The translations under genes were made by a program, and so were the position numbers. From Candidatus Poribacteria bacterium (GTDB lineage Bacteria > Poribacteria > WGA-4E > JAJDTR01): a stretch of DNA of 64,000 nucleotides. A model generated the notes under the pieces. That model was given only the letters and a program-made list of their open reading frames with translations. It had not been told where the DNA came from and did no database searches. Of this stretch, positions 28,686 through 39,697 are shown piece by piece. Each line of letters starts with the position of its first letter. Positions within the stretch are counted from its first letter, which is position 1. Location: NCBI GenBank assembly GCA_965222225.1, contig CBDCTK010000002.1, positions 2,784,001 to 2,848,000 on the forward strand, in the 5' to 3' direction.

Positions 28686-29681
28686 ATGAAATCGAAATTA
28701 ATCGACAATTTCAACCGCGTGCACACAAACCTGCGTATCTCCATAACCGATCAGTGCAACTTCCGTTGCGTCTACTGCATGCCGGAAGACATGGAGTTTA
28801 TGGAAGATGAAGGGGTGATGACGTTTGACGAAATTGTTCACCTTGCTCGCATCTTTGTCGATTTGGGCGTCCGTAAGGTCCGAGTTACCGGTGGTGAGCC
28901 GTTGGTTCGTCGTGGCGTGCCGGAACTCATCAGCCGACTCAGCCAAATGGAAGAGTTAAAAGATATCAGTTTAACGACAAACGGTATAGGCTTGATTAAA
29001 CAGGCGCAAGCGCTCTTCGATGCCGGGCTTCGCCGCATCAATGTCAGTCTTGATACGCTAAACCAAGCAAAATTTGAGCAGATTACGCGCCGAAAAGTGC
29101 TCTCTAAGGTATTGGAGGGATTACGCGAGGCGAAACGCTGCGGGTTTGACCCGATAAAGGTCAACGCCGTACCGTTGCGCGGGTTTTCCGACGATGAAAT
29201 CGTCGACCTGGCGGCGTTTGCTCGGGAGAATTCCTATCAACTTCGTTTCATTGAGTTTATGCCCTTGGACGCGGACGACATTTGGGGAAAGAATATGTTT
29301 ATTCCCGGCGAAGAGATTGTGAACAAAATCAATGCGGTCTTCCCCCTTGAGCCAATTCCAAACGAGGGTGACCGGAAACACGATACGGCGAAGTGCTACC
29401 GCTTCAGAGACAACGGCGGCGAGATTGGCATCATAGCCTCCGTCAGCGAACCGTTCTGTGACCAATGCAACCGCATTCGCCTGACTTCGGACGGAAAGTT
29501 CCGGACGTGCCTGTTTTCGCTGACGGAAACCGATTTGCTGATGCACCTGCGCGCCGGCGCCCCCGATGGCGTGATTGCGGACATGATTGTGGAAGCCGTG
29601 AAAGCCAAGGGACCCGGGCATAAGATTAACGCCGCTGATTTTGTCAAACCGGAACGTAATATGTCGAGGATAGGGGGATAG
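28686..29681 (+). CDS. moaA: GTP 3',8-cyclase
   Basis: LRISITDQCNFRCVYCMP, FIEFMP, FCDQCNRIRL...C, C-terminal IGG. Confidence 0.95.
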   Translation: MKSKLIDNFNRVHTNLRISITDQCNFRCVYCMPEDMEFMEDEGVMTFDEIVHLARIFVDLGVRKVRVTGGEPLVRRGVPELISRLSQMEELKDISLTTNGIGLIKQAQALFDAGLRRINVSLDTLNQAKFEQITRRKVLSKVLEGLREAKRCGFDPIKVNAVPLRGFSDDEIVDLAAFARENSYQLRFIEFMPLDADDIWGKNMFIPGEEIVNKINAVFPLEPIPNEGDRKHDTAKCYRFRDNGGEIGIIASVSEPFCDQCNRIRLTSDGKFRTCLFSLTETDLLMHLRAGAPDGVIADMIVEAVKAKGPGHKINAADFVKPERNMSRIGG

Positions 29682-29718
29682 CCTCCCGGCAGGATTTCGA
29701 AGGGATTTACTCAAAACG

Positions 29719-30552
29719 ATGAGCGATGACTTAGTTATTGAAGATTTACATGTGAATGTGGCAGGACAATCGATTATTAAAGGTCTAAACCTGACAATTA
29801 AACAGGGCGAGATCCACGCACTCATGGGGCCCAATGGTTCCGGGAAAAGCACCCTCTCCAACGCACTGATGGGCCACCCGCAGTATACTATTGATAAGGG
29901 TACAGTAACTTTCAATGGTACGGCTGTCCTTGGATTAGAGCCGAATGAACGTGCGAAACTTGGACTTTTTCTCGCCTTTCAATATCCAACGACGATTCCG
30001 GGTGTCAGTATGGCGAATTTCCTCCGGATGGCGGTAAGCGCGGTGCGCTCAGAAGGCTCAAACGGAAAAGAAACAACAGATTTGATTCCCATGCGCGAGT
30101 TTCGTCGCGAGCTTCGGGCAAAGATGAAACAGTTGGGAGTCGATGAATCGTTCGCGCGACGTTATCTCAACGAAGGCTTTTCCGGGGGCGAGAAGAAGAG
30201 GGCAGAAATTTTGCAACTGGCGATGCTCGAACCCAAGGTTGCAATCCTTGATGAGACGGACTCTGGCTTAGATATTGACGCTGTGCGCATTGTCGGTGAA
30301 AGCGTGAATCAGTTGATTGGCCCCAATTTGGGTGTCTTAATCATCACCCACTATCCGCGCCTCCTAAGCTACATCCGTCCTGAGTATGTACATATTCTGC
30401 TTGATGGCAGGATCGTCGAATCGGGAGGTCCGGAGCTTGCCGCACTGTTGGAGGAAAAAGGATACGACCCAATACGTGAGAAATACGGCATTACAGAAAT
30501 AGAAGTAGAGACTGATGGTGAAGCGGAAGGATTAAGTGGTTTGCGAAGCTAG
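29719..30552 (+). CDS. sufC: Fe-S assembly ATPase SufC
   Basis: MGPNGSGKS, FLAFQYP, NEGFSGGEKKR, LDETDSGLDID. Confidence 0.95.
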   Translation: MSDDLVIEDLHVNVAGQSIIKGLNLTIKQGEIHALMGPNGSGKSTLSNALMGHPQYTIDKGTVTFNGTAVLGLEPNERAKLGLFLAFQYPTTIPGVSMANFLRMAVSAVRSEGSNGKETTDLIPMREFRRELRAKMKQLGVDESFARRYLNEGFSGGEKKRAEILQLAMLEPKVAILDETDSGLDIDAVRIVGESVNQLIGPNLGVLIITHYPRLLSYIRPEYVHILLDGRIVESGGPELAALLEEKGYDPIREKYGITEIEVETDGEAEGLSGLRS

Positions 30553-30652
30553 GTTGAAATCGTAATCTCAAGCAGTAATACGTAAAGCGTAATACGTAAA
30601 AGGTTCCGTTACGCATCGCACATAATGAATCCCGCGAAAGAGGAGAAATAAA

Positions 30653-32071
30653 ATGGCAACACCTGAACAGACAGCTCAAACAGACTTGGGTATCAGCAGC
30701 GACTACAAATACGGTTTTCACGATGATGTCAAACCGGTTTTCAAATCACGGAAGGGCTTGGACACCGAAATCATCAATCAGATGTGCGACATCAAGGACG
30801 AGCCCGATTGGATGCGTGAATATCGTATGAAGGCTTACAAAATTTTTAGGCAGAAGCCAATGACGAATTGGGGTGGCGATTTGTCCCAACTCGACTTTGA
30901 TAATATCTATTACTATGTCAAAGCCTCTGATCGGACTGAGCGGAGTTGGGATGACGTGCCTGATGACATCAAGAATACTTTTGATCGGCTTGGCATTCCT
31001 GAAGCCGAGCGAAAGTTCCTCGCCGGCGTTGGGGCACAGTATGACTCGGAAGTTGTTTACCACAATTTAGAGAAGGAATTGGATGAGCTTGGTGTAATCT
31101 TCGTTGATACCGATACCGCGGTGCGCGACTATCCCGATCTGGTGAAGGAATACTTCGGGACGGTGATTCCGTCAGCGGATAACCAGTTTGCTGCGCTTAA
31201 CAGTGCCGCTTGGAGCGGTGGCAGCTTTATCTATGTTCCGCCGGGTGTGAAGGTTAATTATCCACTACAGGCGTACTTCCGCATCAACACTGAGAACATG
31301 GGGCAGTTTGAACGGACATTGATTATCGCCGACGAAGGCGCCGAGGTGCACTATGTTGAAGGCTGCACCGCTCCGACATATTCCAGCGAATCGCTGCACA
31401 GCGCCGTTGTCGAAATCATCTGTAAGAAGGGATCGCGTGTCCGCTACACCACTATCCAAAATTGGGCGAATAACGTGTATAATCTCGTCACCAAGCGTGC
31501 GATGGCGTATGAAGATGCCCACATGGAATGGATTGACGGTAATTTGGGTTCAAAACTCACGATGAAGTATCCCAGCATCTACATGATGGAGCCGGGCGCG
31601 CGTGGCGAGATTCTGTCAATTGCTTTTGCGAGCCGTGGCCAACACCAAGATGCAGGCGGCAAGGTTTTCCACCGCGCGCCGCACACCACATCACGGATTA
31701 CCTCCAAGTCGATTAGCAAGGATGGCGGGACCTCCAGCTATCGCGGTTGGGTTGATGTGGCAAAGGGTGCCAAAGGGTGCAAATCTCATGTTGTTTGCGA
31801 TGCGTTGATTCTCGATGAAGATTCCCGTTCCGACACTTATCCGGTCATCGAGGTTGGTGAAAATGATGTGAGTATTGAGCACGAAGCGCACGTCAGCAAG
31901 ATTGGCGAGGAGCAGCTCTTCTATTTGATGAGTCGCGGCCTTTCCGAAGAAGCAGCTTCAACGATGATTGTGAATGGGTTTATCGATCCGCTCATCAAGG
32001 AACTTCCGATGGAGTACGCAGTAGAGATGAATCGGTTAATCCAACTTCAGATGGAAGGGTCAGTAGGCTAA
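30653..32071 (+). CDS. sufB: Fe-S assembly protein SufB
   Basis: [38 protein letters not shown]. Confidence 0.96.
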   Translation: MATPEQTAQTDLGISSDYKYGFHDDVKPVFKSRKGLDTEIINQMCDIKDEPDWMREYRMKAYKIFRQKPMTNWGGDLSQLDFDNIYYYVKASDRTERSWDDVPDDIKNTFDRLGIPEAERKFLAGVGAQYDSEVVYHNLEKELDELGVIFVDTDTAVRDYPDLVKEYFGTVIPSADNQFAALNSAAWSGGSFIYVPPGVKVNYPLQAYFRINTENMGQFERTLIIADEGAEVHYVEGCTAPTYSSESLHSAVVEIICKKGSRVRYTTIQNWANNVYNLVTKRAMAYEDAHMEWIDGNLGSKLTMKYPSIYMMEPGARGEILSIAFASRGQHQDAGGKVFHRAPHTTSRITSKSISKDGGTSSYRGWVDVAKGAKGCKSHVVCDALILDEDSRSDTYPVIEVGENDVSIEHEAHVSKIGEEQLFYLMSRGLSEEAASTMIVNGFIDPLIKELPMEYAVEMNRLIQLQMEGSVG

Positions 32072-32091
32072 AGCGTGGAAAAGTAGCACTT

Positions 32092-32193
32092 TAGGGCTTA
32101 CCGCAGTTGCCCGATTCTTTGTAGAGATCGTTCTGTTCTCCGACGATGGATCGCCCTACTACGAGGCTTTGGGCGTTCAACTGCGTAAGTTCT
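32092..32193. mobile_element. MITE-like element between sufB and sufD
   Basis: TAGGGCTTACCGCAGTTG...CAACTGCGTAAGTTCT inverted ends, same family as 4705-4910. Confidence 0.55.
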
Positions 32194-32228
32194 GGCTTTT
32201 TGTCACGTTTCAAAAGTGGAGATTACAA

Positions 32229-33668
32229 TTGAGTTCCGATCTGATTCAAACTATCCCCCGTGTTCATGATTTACGCACGGGGGACTTTTCACGCGATTTT
32301 TTGGAGGAGATGTCGAAAGGTCAGGATGAGCCTAAATGGATGCGTGAGAAGCGGCTCGCAGCTTTCGACCTATACGAAACCCTCCTAATGCCTCACACTT
32401 CTGATGATGATGAGTGGCGTCGGACAGTAGATATGCGTACCCAAGACTACTGGCGTCGTACAAAACGGAAGATGCGCGGCTTCAAGTTGGATGAATATAA
32501 GCCAGTTGCTTTCTCTGCATCAGGGTCGTCGGAAATGTCTGACCGCTCCGGTTGCTTACCGAAGCAGGTGGAATCGGAAGAAGCGGCGTCTGGAGCCGTG
32601 GGTCTTCAGGATGGTCTCCCGGTTGAATCTTTTCTATTGAAGGAGATCGAACGTAAAGGGGTGTACTTCGCAGATTTTAATACGGCATTGAGGGCGCGTC
32701 CCGACTTTGTACGGTCATATTTCATGACCAACGCGGTGACACTCGAGACGCAGCTCCGAAGTGGTAACATCCCGTTGCGAAATAAATTCGATGCGCTGCA
32801 CGGAGCATTCTGGCAAGGCGGATACCTATTGCATGTTCCCAAAGGCGTTGTTGTTGAGATTCCTTTACGCACCTTTATCGCGCTGTCCGAGCCGCAGCGT
32901 GCAGATTTGTCGCATACACTTATTGTTGCCGATGCTGAAAGCAAGGTCACAATTTTGGAGGAACAAGCTTCGACGGATGTTAACGCTACCGGGTTCCACT
33001 GTGGCGCTGTCGAAATCTTCGCTGGACGAAATGCCAATGTGACCTATGTGCAAGTGCAGCGATGGAATCAGCGGGTTTGGAACTTTTCCACACAGCGCGC
33101 AGTGGTTGGAAGGGATGCTCAATTTTGTTGGGTCACTGGGATGTTGGGAAGTCGTTTGAGCAAATTAAATCAGGTTGCTGCTATGGAAGGCGCGGGAAGT
33201 CGTGTTGAGATGCTAGGTTTGACGTTCACACACGGCCGCCAACATATTGATGTAAGCACTGCTCAAGAGCATATCGCGCCCCATACCTCCAGCGATCTGT
33301 TGTATCGAACTGTGCTCCGGGACCGCTCGCAGACCGCATGGAGTGGTGATATTTACGTCTATCCCGAGGGCCAACATACCGACGCTTATCAGAAAAATGA
33401 CAATTTGGTCTTGAGCGAACGTTCTCACGCAGATACACTGCCAGGCTTGGAGATTCAAGCGCATGAAGTACGTTGCACCCACGGTGCAACCGCTGGACCG
33501 ATTGATAAGGAACAGGTGTTTTACCTGATGAGCCGCGGATTGTCTCGTAGTCAGGCCGAAAAGATGATTGTTGATGGCTTTTTTGAGCCAGTGATGGCTC
33601 GGATTCCGCTGGAGTCGGTTCGTGAAGAATTACAGGAGTCGATTACACACAAGCTTGCGGTTGAATAA
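32229..33668 (+). CDS. sufD: Fe-S assembly protein SufD
   Basis: [33 protein letters not shown]; TTG start after GGAG. Confidence 0.92.
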   Translation: MSSDLIQTIPRVHDLRTGDFSRDFLEEMSKGQDEPKWMREKRLAAFDLYETLLMPHTSDDDEWRRTVDMRTQDYWRRTKRKMRGFKLDEYKPVAFSASGSSEMSDRSGCLPKQVESEEAASGAVGLQDGLPVESFLLKEIERKGVYFADFNTALRARPDFVRSYFMTNAVTLETQLRSGNIPLRNKFDALHGAFWQGGYLLHVPKGVVVEIPLRTFIALSEPQRADLSHTLIVADAESKVTILEEQASTDVNATGFHCGAVEIFAGRNANVTYVQVQRWNQRVWNFSTQRAVVGRDAQFCWVTGMLGSRLSKLNQVAAMEGAGSRVEMLGLTFTHGRQHIDVSTAQEHIAPHTSSDLLYRTVLRDRSQTAWSGDIYVYPEGQHTDAYQKNDNLVLSERSHADTLPGLEIQAHEVRCTHGATAGPIDKEQVFYLMSRGLSRSQAEKMIVDGFFEPVMARIPLESVREELQESITHKLAVE

Positions 33669-34000
33669 GATTGATAACAACGCTTGCCAGTTGAGGGATA
33701 ACAACCCGGAAAAAGCGTTGCCATTTTCTGGACGCAGATAAAAGCGTACTTAAGCACCGGTGAGTCGCAAAAACCAGTTTTCCTCCTGTGTTTATCCGCG
33801 TTTATCATTTGCGCGCGCAGGATCTTTTGAGCGTGGCGCCAAGATAATCGTTAATCCGTAATCAACGATCGTGCTTTGGGAGATAGCCCCTTGTACAAGA
33901 CAGTGGGGAGTGGATGGCAGACGTTTCTTCTGGTCACTAACCCCTTGCCACTGCTTTTATCAGAAACACTTCAAACCTAGAAACCGAAAGGAATCGAAAA

Positions 34001-34345
34001 ATGAGTCAACCGACAATTACCGCCTATATGAAACCCGTCTGTGGTTGGAGTAATGGTGTTCGCGCAATCTTCGCGAAATACGGTTTGGAATATGAGGACA
34101 AAGACATCATTAACAATGCGGACAACTATCGCGAGATGGTCGAAAAGACCGGTCAGCCGCTTCAGCCGAGCGTCCAAATCGACGATGTCATACTCGCTGA
34201 TGTCAGCGGCGATGAGGTCGAGGCATACCTCATCCAGTCAGGCATTGCCCAACAAAGCACTTCGGAAACCGGTGTGCCCACCGATCAAGCGTGCGCCGAT
34301 CACGGTCCCGCCTCGGTGGACATTGGCTTCTCAAGCGGCAGCTAA
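34001..34345 (+). CDS. Monothiol glutaredoxin-like protein (CGWS)
   Basis: YMKPVCGWS...EMVEKTGQ.LQPSVQID. Confidence 0.8.
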   Translation: MSQPTITAYMKPVCGWSNGVRAIFAKYGLEYEDKDIINNADNYREMVEKTGQPLQPSVQIDDVILADVSGDEVEAYLIQSGIAQQSTSETGVPTDQACADHGPASVDIGFSSGS

Positions 34346-34426
34346 TCTAGACGGGCAAACCGTTTTTCAACCTTTACAGAAACCGAGTTTCGAGGAGAAA
34401 CTCGGTTTCTCCTCGCTAAGACCTCT

Positions 34427-35689
34427 ATGGAGAGACCAATGTACGCTGGACAGGATGAATTTTGTCCGCTTGAAGTCGAGAGCGTCCGCAAAGACTTCCC
34501 GATTTTTGCAAGTGATTCACCTATCGCTTACCTCGACAGCGCTGCGTCCTCTCAAACACCAATCTGCGTCATTGAAGCGATGGATGGCTATTATCACAAT
34601 TATAGATCGAACATCCATCGTGGCATTTACCGCATCTCCGAGGAAGCGACTGCAGCGTACGAAGAATCCCGACAGAAAATCGCGCGTTTTATTAACGCGC
34701 GCCGCTCCAGCCAGATTGTTTTTACACGAAACACAACAGAATCAATCAATCTTGTCGCGTATAGCTGGGGAAGCGCCAATATCGGTCAAGGCGATGAAAT
34801 CCTCCTCTCCGTGATGGAACACCACAGCAACCTCGTTCCGTGGCAACTGCTCACGGAACGAACCGGCGCAAAACTGCGATTCATTGAGGTGGCTGATGAA
34901 GGCTTGCTTCAGTTAGAAGACCTAGAGCGGTTACTGACAGAACGGACAAAACTGGTGGCGATTACGCATGTCTCGAACGCCTTGGGAACGATCAACCCGG
35001 TTCGGGAGATTACCGCTGCCGCTCATTCTATTGGCGCCAAGGTGCTTATCGACGCCGCGCAAAGCGTGCCGCATCTTCCGGTTGATGTCCAAGCGCTTGA
35101 CTGCGACTTCCTCGCGTTCTCGGGCCATAAGATGTGCGGTCCCACGGGCGTAGGTGTGCTTTACGGAAAGCGCGAGCTCTTGGAAGACATGCCGCCCTTC
35201 CTCGGAGGCGGTTCGATGATTCGAGCGGTGAAGCGCGAACACTCAACCTACGCGGACGTGCCCGCGAGATTCGAAGCGGGGACGCCAGCTATCGCGGAAG
35301 CCATCGGTCTCGGTCATTCGGTAGATTACCTTGAGTGCGTCGGCTTGGACACGGTGCACGTTCATGAGCAGCAGATAATCGACTACGCCCATCAGAAATT
35401 GTGCGAGATTGACGGAATCACCATTTATGGACCAAAACCCCGCAAAAAGGCGGGCGTCATCACGTTTAATCTTGAGGGCATCCATCCCCACGATATCGCG
35501 GGTGTCCTTGATACCACCGGGGTAGCGATTCGCGCCGGACATCACTGTGCTCAACCACTGATGCAACACTATGGCGTTATTGCAACGGCGCGCGCAAGTT
35601 TTTATCTTTACAACACGATGGAAGACGTTGATAGGCTCTACGATGGGCTGCTGAAAACCCAAAACCTATTGGCGCGGAGACAAGGATGA
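34427..35689 (+). CDS. sufS: Cysteine desulfurase SufS
   Basis: YLDSAAS, SGHKMCGPTG, RAGHHCAQP. Confidence 0.95.
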   Translation: MERPMYAGQDEFCPLEVESVRKDFPIFASDSPIAYLDSAASSQTPICVIEAMDGYYHNYRSNIHRGIYRISEEATAAYEESRQKIARFINARRSSQIVFTRNTTESINLVAYSWGSANIGQGDEILLSVMEHHSNLVPWQLLTERTGAKLRFIEVADEGLLQLEDLERLLTERTKLVAITHVSNALGTINPVREITAAAHSIGAKVLIDAAQSVPHLPVDVQALDCDFLAFSGHKMCGPTGVGVLYGKRELLEDMPPFLGGGSMIRAVKREHSTYADVPARFEAGTPAIAEAIGLGHSVDYLECVGLDTVHVHEQQIIDYAHQKLCEIDGITIYGPKPRKKAGVITFNLEGIHPHDIAGVLDTTGVAIRAGHHCAQPLMQHYGVIATARASFYLYNTMEDVDRLYDGLLKTQNLLARRQG

Positions 35690-36084
35690 ATATCTACGAG
35701 GAAGACATTCTCGATCACTACGAAAATCCCAGCAATTATGGGACGCTGGAGAAACCTGATATCTCCTACAAAGACGACAACCCCTTGTGCGGAGATCAGA
35801 TTCGTATGGATCTTGAGGTCGAGGATGGTGTCATCAAGGATGTCCGCTTTTGTGGTCACGGCTGCACAATCAGCCAAGCGGCGGCGTCGATGTTGACGGA
35901 GGAAGTCAAAGGACAGGCGTTAGAAGACGTAAAAAAGTTGACCAAGGACGACATCTTGAAGATGCTTGGTATTCCGCTCGGTCCGGTGCGCTTGAAATGC
36001 GGTCTGTTAGCCTTGAAGGTGCTGAAAGCGGGCGCCTACGGAATTAAGGACTGGCCCGGAGAAGAGGACGACGAGGAGGCATAA
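35686..36084 (+). CDS. sufU: SufU/IscU-like scaffold or sulfur-transfer protein
   Basis: NPLCGD, GCTISQA, RLKC. Confidence 0.9.
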   Translation: MNIYEEDILDHYENPSNYGTLEKPDISYKDDNPLCGDQIRMDLEVEDGVIKDVRFCGHGCTISQAAASMLTEEVKGQALEDVKKLTKDDILKMLGIPLGPVRLKCGLLALKVLKAGAYGIKDWPGEEDDEEA

Positions 36085-36086
36085 GC

Positions 36087-36398
36087 ATGGCGGAGTTCTT
36101 CAAAGTTGCCAAAGTCAGCGAAATACCTCCCGGCGGGAAAAAGTTGGTCGAAGTGGATTTCGTGCCGGTGGCGCTTTTTAACGTCAACGGAAAATTCTAC
36201 GCTATCGAGGACATCTGCACCCACGATGGCGGCCCCCTCGCCCAAGGTGAATTTGAAGGCGAAGAGATTGAGTGCCCTCGCCACGGCGCGCGCTTCAGCG
36301 TGATTACCGGCGAACCCCTCTGTATGCCCGCGGTCGAACCCGTTGACTGCTACGAAGTCAAGATCGACGGCGATGACATCCTAGTAAATATTGATTGA
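36087..36398 (+). CDS. Rieske-type ferredoxin
   Basis: CTH...CPRH. Confidence 0.92.
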   Translation: MAEFFKVAKVSEIPPGGKKLVEVDFVPVALFNVNGKFYAIEDICTHDGGPLAQGEFEGEEIECPRHGARFSVITGEPLCMPAVEPVDCYEVKIDGDDILVNID

Positions 36399-36628
36399 TG
36401 GCAAATGCGAGAATCTCTTGTAGGGTGCGCATTGCGCACCAGCCTTTGAAAGCGTCAGCGGCGATCAAGCGAGTGCGATAGAAATCTTCGCCTGCTCGCG
36501 ATAAGAAGTCGCGACCTGGAAATCGCTCCTACAGTTTGCTTGTAGAATACGTGTAAATATGAATGTAAATGACTATATACGGCTTTGAGCGTTTAACTGT
36601 GTAAGCCCCAAAGAGAAGGAGATCTCAA

Positions 36629-36928
36629 ATGCTAACCGAAGAGACCGTGCTGGAAAATTTAAAACAGATTATAGATCCGGAGGTAGGAATCAACATCGTT
36701 GACATGGGCTTAATCTACGGAGTTGACATAAAGGACGAAATGGTCGGCATTACCATGACTCTGACAAGCCCGGGCTGCCCTGTCGGCCCCCAACTCGTTA
36801 ACGGCACGCAAAACGTCACTCAACAACTGGAAGGAGTTGACGAGGTCAACGTTGATGTTGTTTGGACGCCGCCTTGGACACCGGAGATGATGACGGATGA
36901 CGCCAAAGACGAGTTGGGGATCTTCTGA
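36629..36928 (+). CDS. sufT: DUF59/SufT Fe-S maturation factor
   Basis: DPE.GINIVDMGLIY, TLTSPGCP, PPWTPEMM. Confidence 0.88.
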   Translation: MLTEETVLENLKQIIDPEVGINIVDMGLIYGVDIKDEMVGITMTLTSPGCPVGPQLVNGTQNVTQQLEGVDEVNVDVVWTPPWTPEMMTDDAKDELGIF

Positions 36929-36940
36929 ACCGGAACAAAA

Positions 36941-37675
36941 ATGAACTTGTCAAACCAGCAATATCAACCGAAAACGCTTAAGCGGCTCGGTGCCTCCGGC
37001 TTCCTTGTCGAATGGAAGGATGGGCATAAAAGCGAATACCCCTTTCCCTACCTCAGACGTATGTGTCCTTGTGCCGAGTGTTCGGCAATCCGTTACAAAG
37101 GCTTGGATGTTCACTCCCTGTTTGCGCCGGACGGAGACGGTGATTCCTCCCTAATCCAAGTATCCGAAGATGTCCTCCCCCTTGATATCCAGCTTGTCGG
37201 TCGCTACGCGGTGCAGTTTCGATGGAACGATGGACATTCGACTGGCATCTACTCTTTTCAAACGCTCAAGGAAATGTGCCCGTGCCCCGAGTGTACCGCC
37301 AACATTGACGAGAATGAGGTAGACCTTACGATGAATCGCCCCCAATTCCAGCCCGATAAACACGAAATCCCGCCGCGTGGACTCAAGGAGAAACTAGATA
37401 GCGGCCAACAGATTGTGCTGCTTGATGTGCGCGAACCCGGCGAATACGAGATTGCCCACCTTGAAGGCGCAACCTTGATTCCTCTCAACGACCTGCCCCA
37501 AAACACTGATCAGCTAGACCCGCAAACCGAAATTGTGACCTACTGCCACCACGGCATGAGGAGCCTGCATGCTGCCGCATTTCTATACCAGAGCGGGTTC
37601 GAGAACGTCAAGAGTTTGGTGGGCGGCATCGACCAGTGGGCAGTGGAAATCGATCCGACGCTCACTCGTTACTAA
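36941..37675 (+). CDS. DUF971 (GBBH-like N-terminal) domain fused to rhodanese
   Basis: WKDGH...LRRMCPCAEC...VGRYAV.F.W.DGH.TGIY, then LLDVRE...YCHHGMRS...GGIDQW. Confidence 0.85.
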   Translation: MNLSNQQYQPKTLKRLGASGFLVEWKDGHKSEYPFPYLRRMCPCAECSAIRYKGLDVHSLFAPDGDGDSSLIQVSEDVLPLDIQLVGRYAVQFRWNDGHSTGIYSFQTLKEMCPCPECTANIDENEVDLTMNRPQFQPDKHEIPPRGLKEKLDSGQQIVLLDVREPGEYEIAHLEGATLIPLNDLPQNTDQLDPQTEIVTYCHHGMRSLHAAAFLYQSGFENVKSLVGGIDQWAVEIDPTLTRY

Positions 37676-37711
37676 GTAAGCTTACCCACATGAACGCCCA
37701 AACGACCGGAC

Positions 37712-37825
37712 GATCAACTGAGTGGATAGCGAAGGCGATAGAGATCCCATGGTGAGCGATCAAACGAGTGGATAACGATCAAGCAAACGAATAGGTAAGT
37801 GCGATAGAAATCCCCTAGAGATCCC
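37712..37825 (+). repeat. Tandem/nested cluster of three 35-bp elements
   Basis: GATCAACTGAGTGGATAGCGAAGGCGATAGAGATCCC; GATCAAACGAGTGGATAAC; GATCAAGCAAACGAATAG...GCGATAGAAATCCC-CTAGAGATCCC. Confidence 0.8.
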
Positions 37826-37924
37826 TCCCCCGATCGCGACCTCCCGTCAAAGCAGCGTTCTGGAATCGTCCATCCTCAATCTGCGATTGATAATCGCCGT
37901 TAAAATCTCTGGTGCGTAAGCCCT

Positions 37925-38371
37925 ATGGAAATTCTGTTGCTCCTACTTTTTGCGTTTATCGGTGCGCTAGGCAACGCCATGTTCGCCGCTAGTCAAAAGA
38001 AAGCCATCGCTCTTGGGAACTCACTTGCATTTCTCGTAATATCAATTTTCGTTTCGGTTTTCCTCGCCATGATATTGGCGCCCCTATCGGGACCGACAAG
38101 GTATACAACAATTATCAAACAGAACTGGTTTTGGGCTGTTATAGGCGGTATCGGGCTATTCCTCACGTTTTTGGGTTTTAATCTACTCTACACCAACTAC
38201 GGGACATCAAGCTATATGCTCTACGCCGTCATGTCCATCATAACGACATCAATAATCGTGTCGGTAGTGATATTCAAAGAGACCTTTAACACCTATCATT
38301 GGGCGGCGTTTGTCGGTGCGATAGTAACCATAATCCTGTACACAATCGGCAATAGTATAGGCAAAACCTAG
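37925..38371 (+). CDS. Small DMT/EamA-like membrane protein
   Basis: ~5 hydrophobic helices, IFKE motif near the C-terminus. Confidence 0.7.
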   Translation: MEILLLLLFAFIGALGNAMFAASQKKAIALGNSLAFLVISIFVSVFLAMILAPLSGPTRYTTIIKQNWFWAVIGGIGLFLTFLGFNLLYTNYGTSSYMLYAVMSIITTSIIVSVVIFKETFNTYHWAAFVGAIVTIILYTIGNSIGKT

Positions 38372-38519
38372 CAGCCGTCCCCTCCTTGTAGGGACAAACA
38401 GTCGTTTGTCCTCACCACATTTCCCACTGAAAAAGGGACACTCTGACTACTGACCACTAACGACTGCTCTTTTACTACGTGTCCCGGTACATCTCCCTCG
38501 TCCGCATCTCTCTCTAAAA

Positions 38520-39562
38520 TCAGAACAGGCAAGAACTACCGGGAACATAATTCCTGGAAAAGGAAATGCCAAATGTAATCGGGAATGTATCTTGGCGTGG
38601 CAACTGAAAGAATGTTCTATCCACCCGCAATTCAAGTTTCAAGCGGCTCTCGGTGAGACGCAGCGCCTCTATTCCGACTGCCACATAGGCTCCCAAACCA
38701 TTATCACCTTCCGAACTGTATTCGTCAACCTACTCCCACTCCTCTCCCCACAATTCACGATATCGTTCCGCGGAACCGAACTATTCCTTATGTTTCTTTA
38801 CTCTTGTTGTAGTTTCGTATTCGACGCCGACTAAAGCAAAACCGCCGCCCACATAGGGTGAAATATCCTGCTTTTTAAGGAAGTATTTTCCTCCGATCGA
38901 CCAAGAAAAGAAGGAGAAACGGTCGTCATCATCTTCAAATAGGTCGCCTTCTTCCTGTATCCTGAACCGGAAATCTGTAAACGCGGCAAACGAGGGCCTT
39001 TCAAAAGACCATCCAAACCCCAGAGCGGGCCTGGTCGCTATATCCGTTCCGGGCATGCTGATTCCGAAGATCCCCATATTCCAAAGAGACTCACCCGATA
39101 TTTTTCGGAGTTCACGGGCGTCGTGTTCGGTAACGGTCTCCATATCAACCGTCGCATTGATCGGCTTGTGCAGGAGGAGCGCGTCAACCAGTCGTGGCGC
39201 TGCCGGAATCATCTCTTCGATAGTTGCCAAGGTCATCTGATGCTCGGTGATAATCGAGCCGATGGGATCTTCGTGACTCAGACGCACGAAAATCTTCTCT
39301 CCCAGACGGCGCAATACGACGTGATAGGCGCTTGCAGAGACGGGTGCCTCGTAAAAACGGGATCGCTGACCGATATTCCGTGCTTACGCAACGCATCACA
39401 GACCAACTGAGCCGCGGTCTGTGCGTCCGATTCGGGGATACACCCGGGTGGTCTCCGATTAGGCAGACAGCGGGGGCGGATGCCGGAGCATTATCGGGGG
39501 TAACAACAAGCAATACGAGAAAAGCGGCAAGAAACAGGCAACACCCAATCCTTATTTAGCAT
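38520..39562 (-). pseudogene. Decayed secreted/outer-membrane beta-barrel-like gene
   Basis: Signal-peptide frame (CLFLAAFLVLLVV), several frameshifts, SPYVGGG, two in-frame TAGs, then GLGAYVAVGIEALRL...GISFSRNY...CLF* ending at 38520. Confidence 0.7.
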
Positions 39563-39697
39563 GTTGTTAATGGGGAATTCGGCAAATCCTTGGGGTTGAG
39601 GGAAAGTAAAATTGCTTTACTTCCGCTCAGCCTTTTCTCACCAGGGCAGCAAATTGGAAAATCGACCCACTACCTAAAGGGGCGGTCCGATTAGGCA

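Noticed and set aside
30574-30600. Short heptamer-like tandem repeats (GTAATAC/GTAAAGC; similar at ~22150, ~24901, ~38443)
   Set aside because: Only 3-4 degenerate units each; no function can be supported beyond simple intergenic repeats.
37712-37825. CRISPR array made of the 35-bp repeats
   Set aside because: Copies are dispersed, nested, degenerate and in both orientations, with no regular spacers and no cas genes.
38730-38783. Amber (TAG) readthrough or alternative genetic code suggested by two in-frame TAGs
   Set aside because: The same gene also has frameshifts, and intact genes (e.g. moaA, sufC, 5578-6558) end in TAG.
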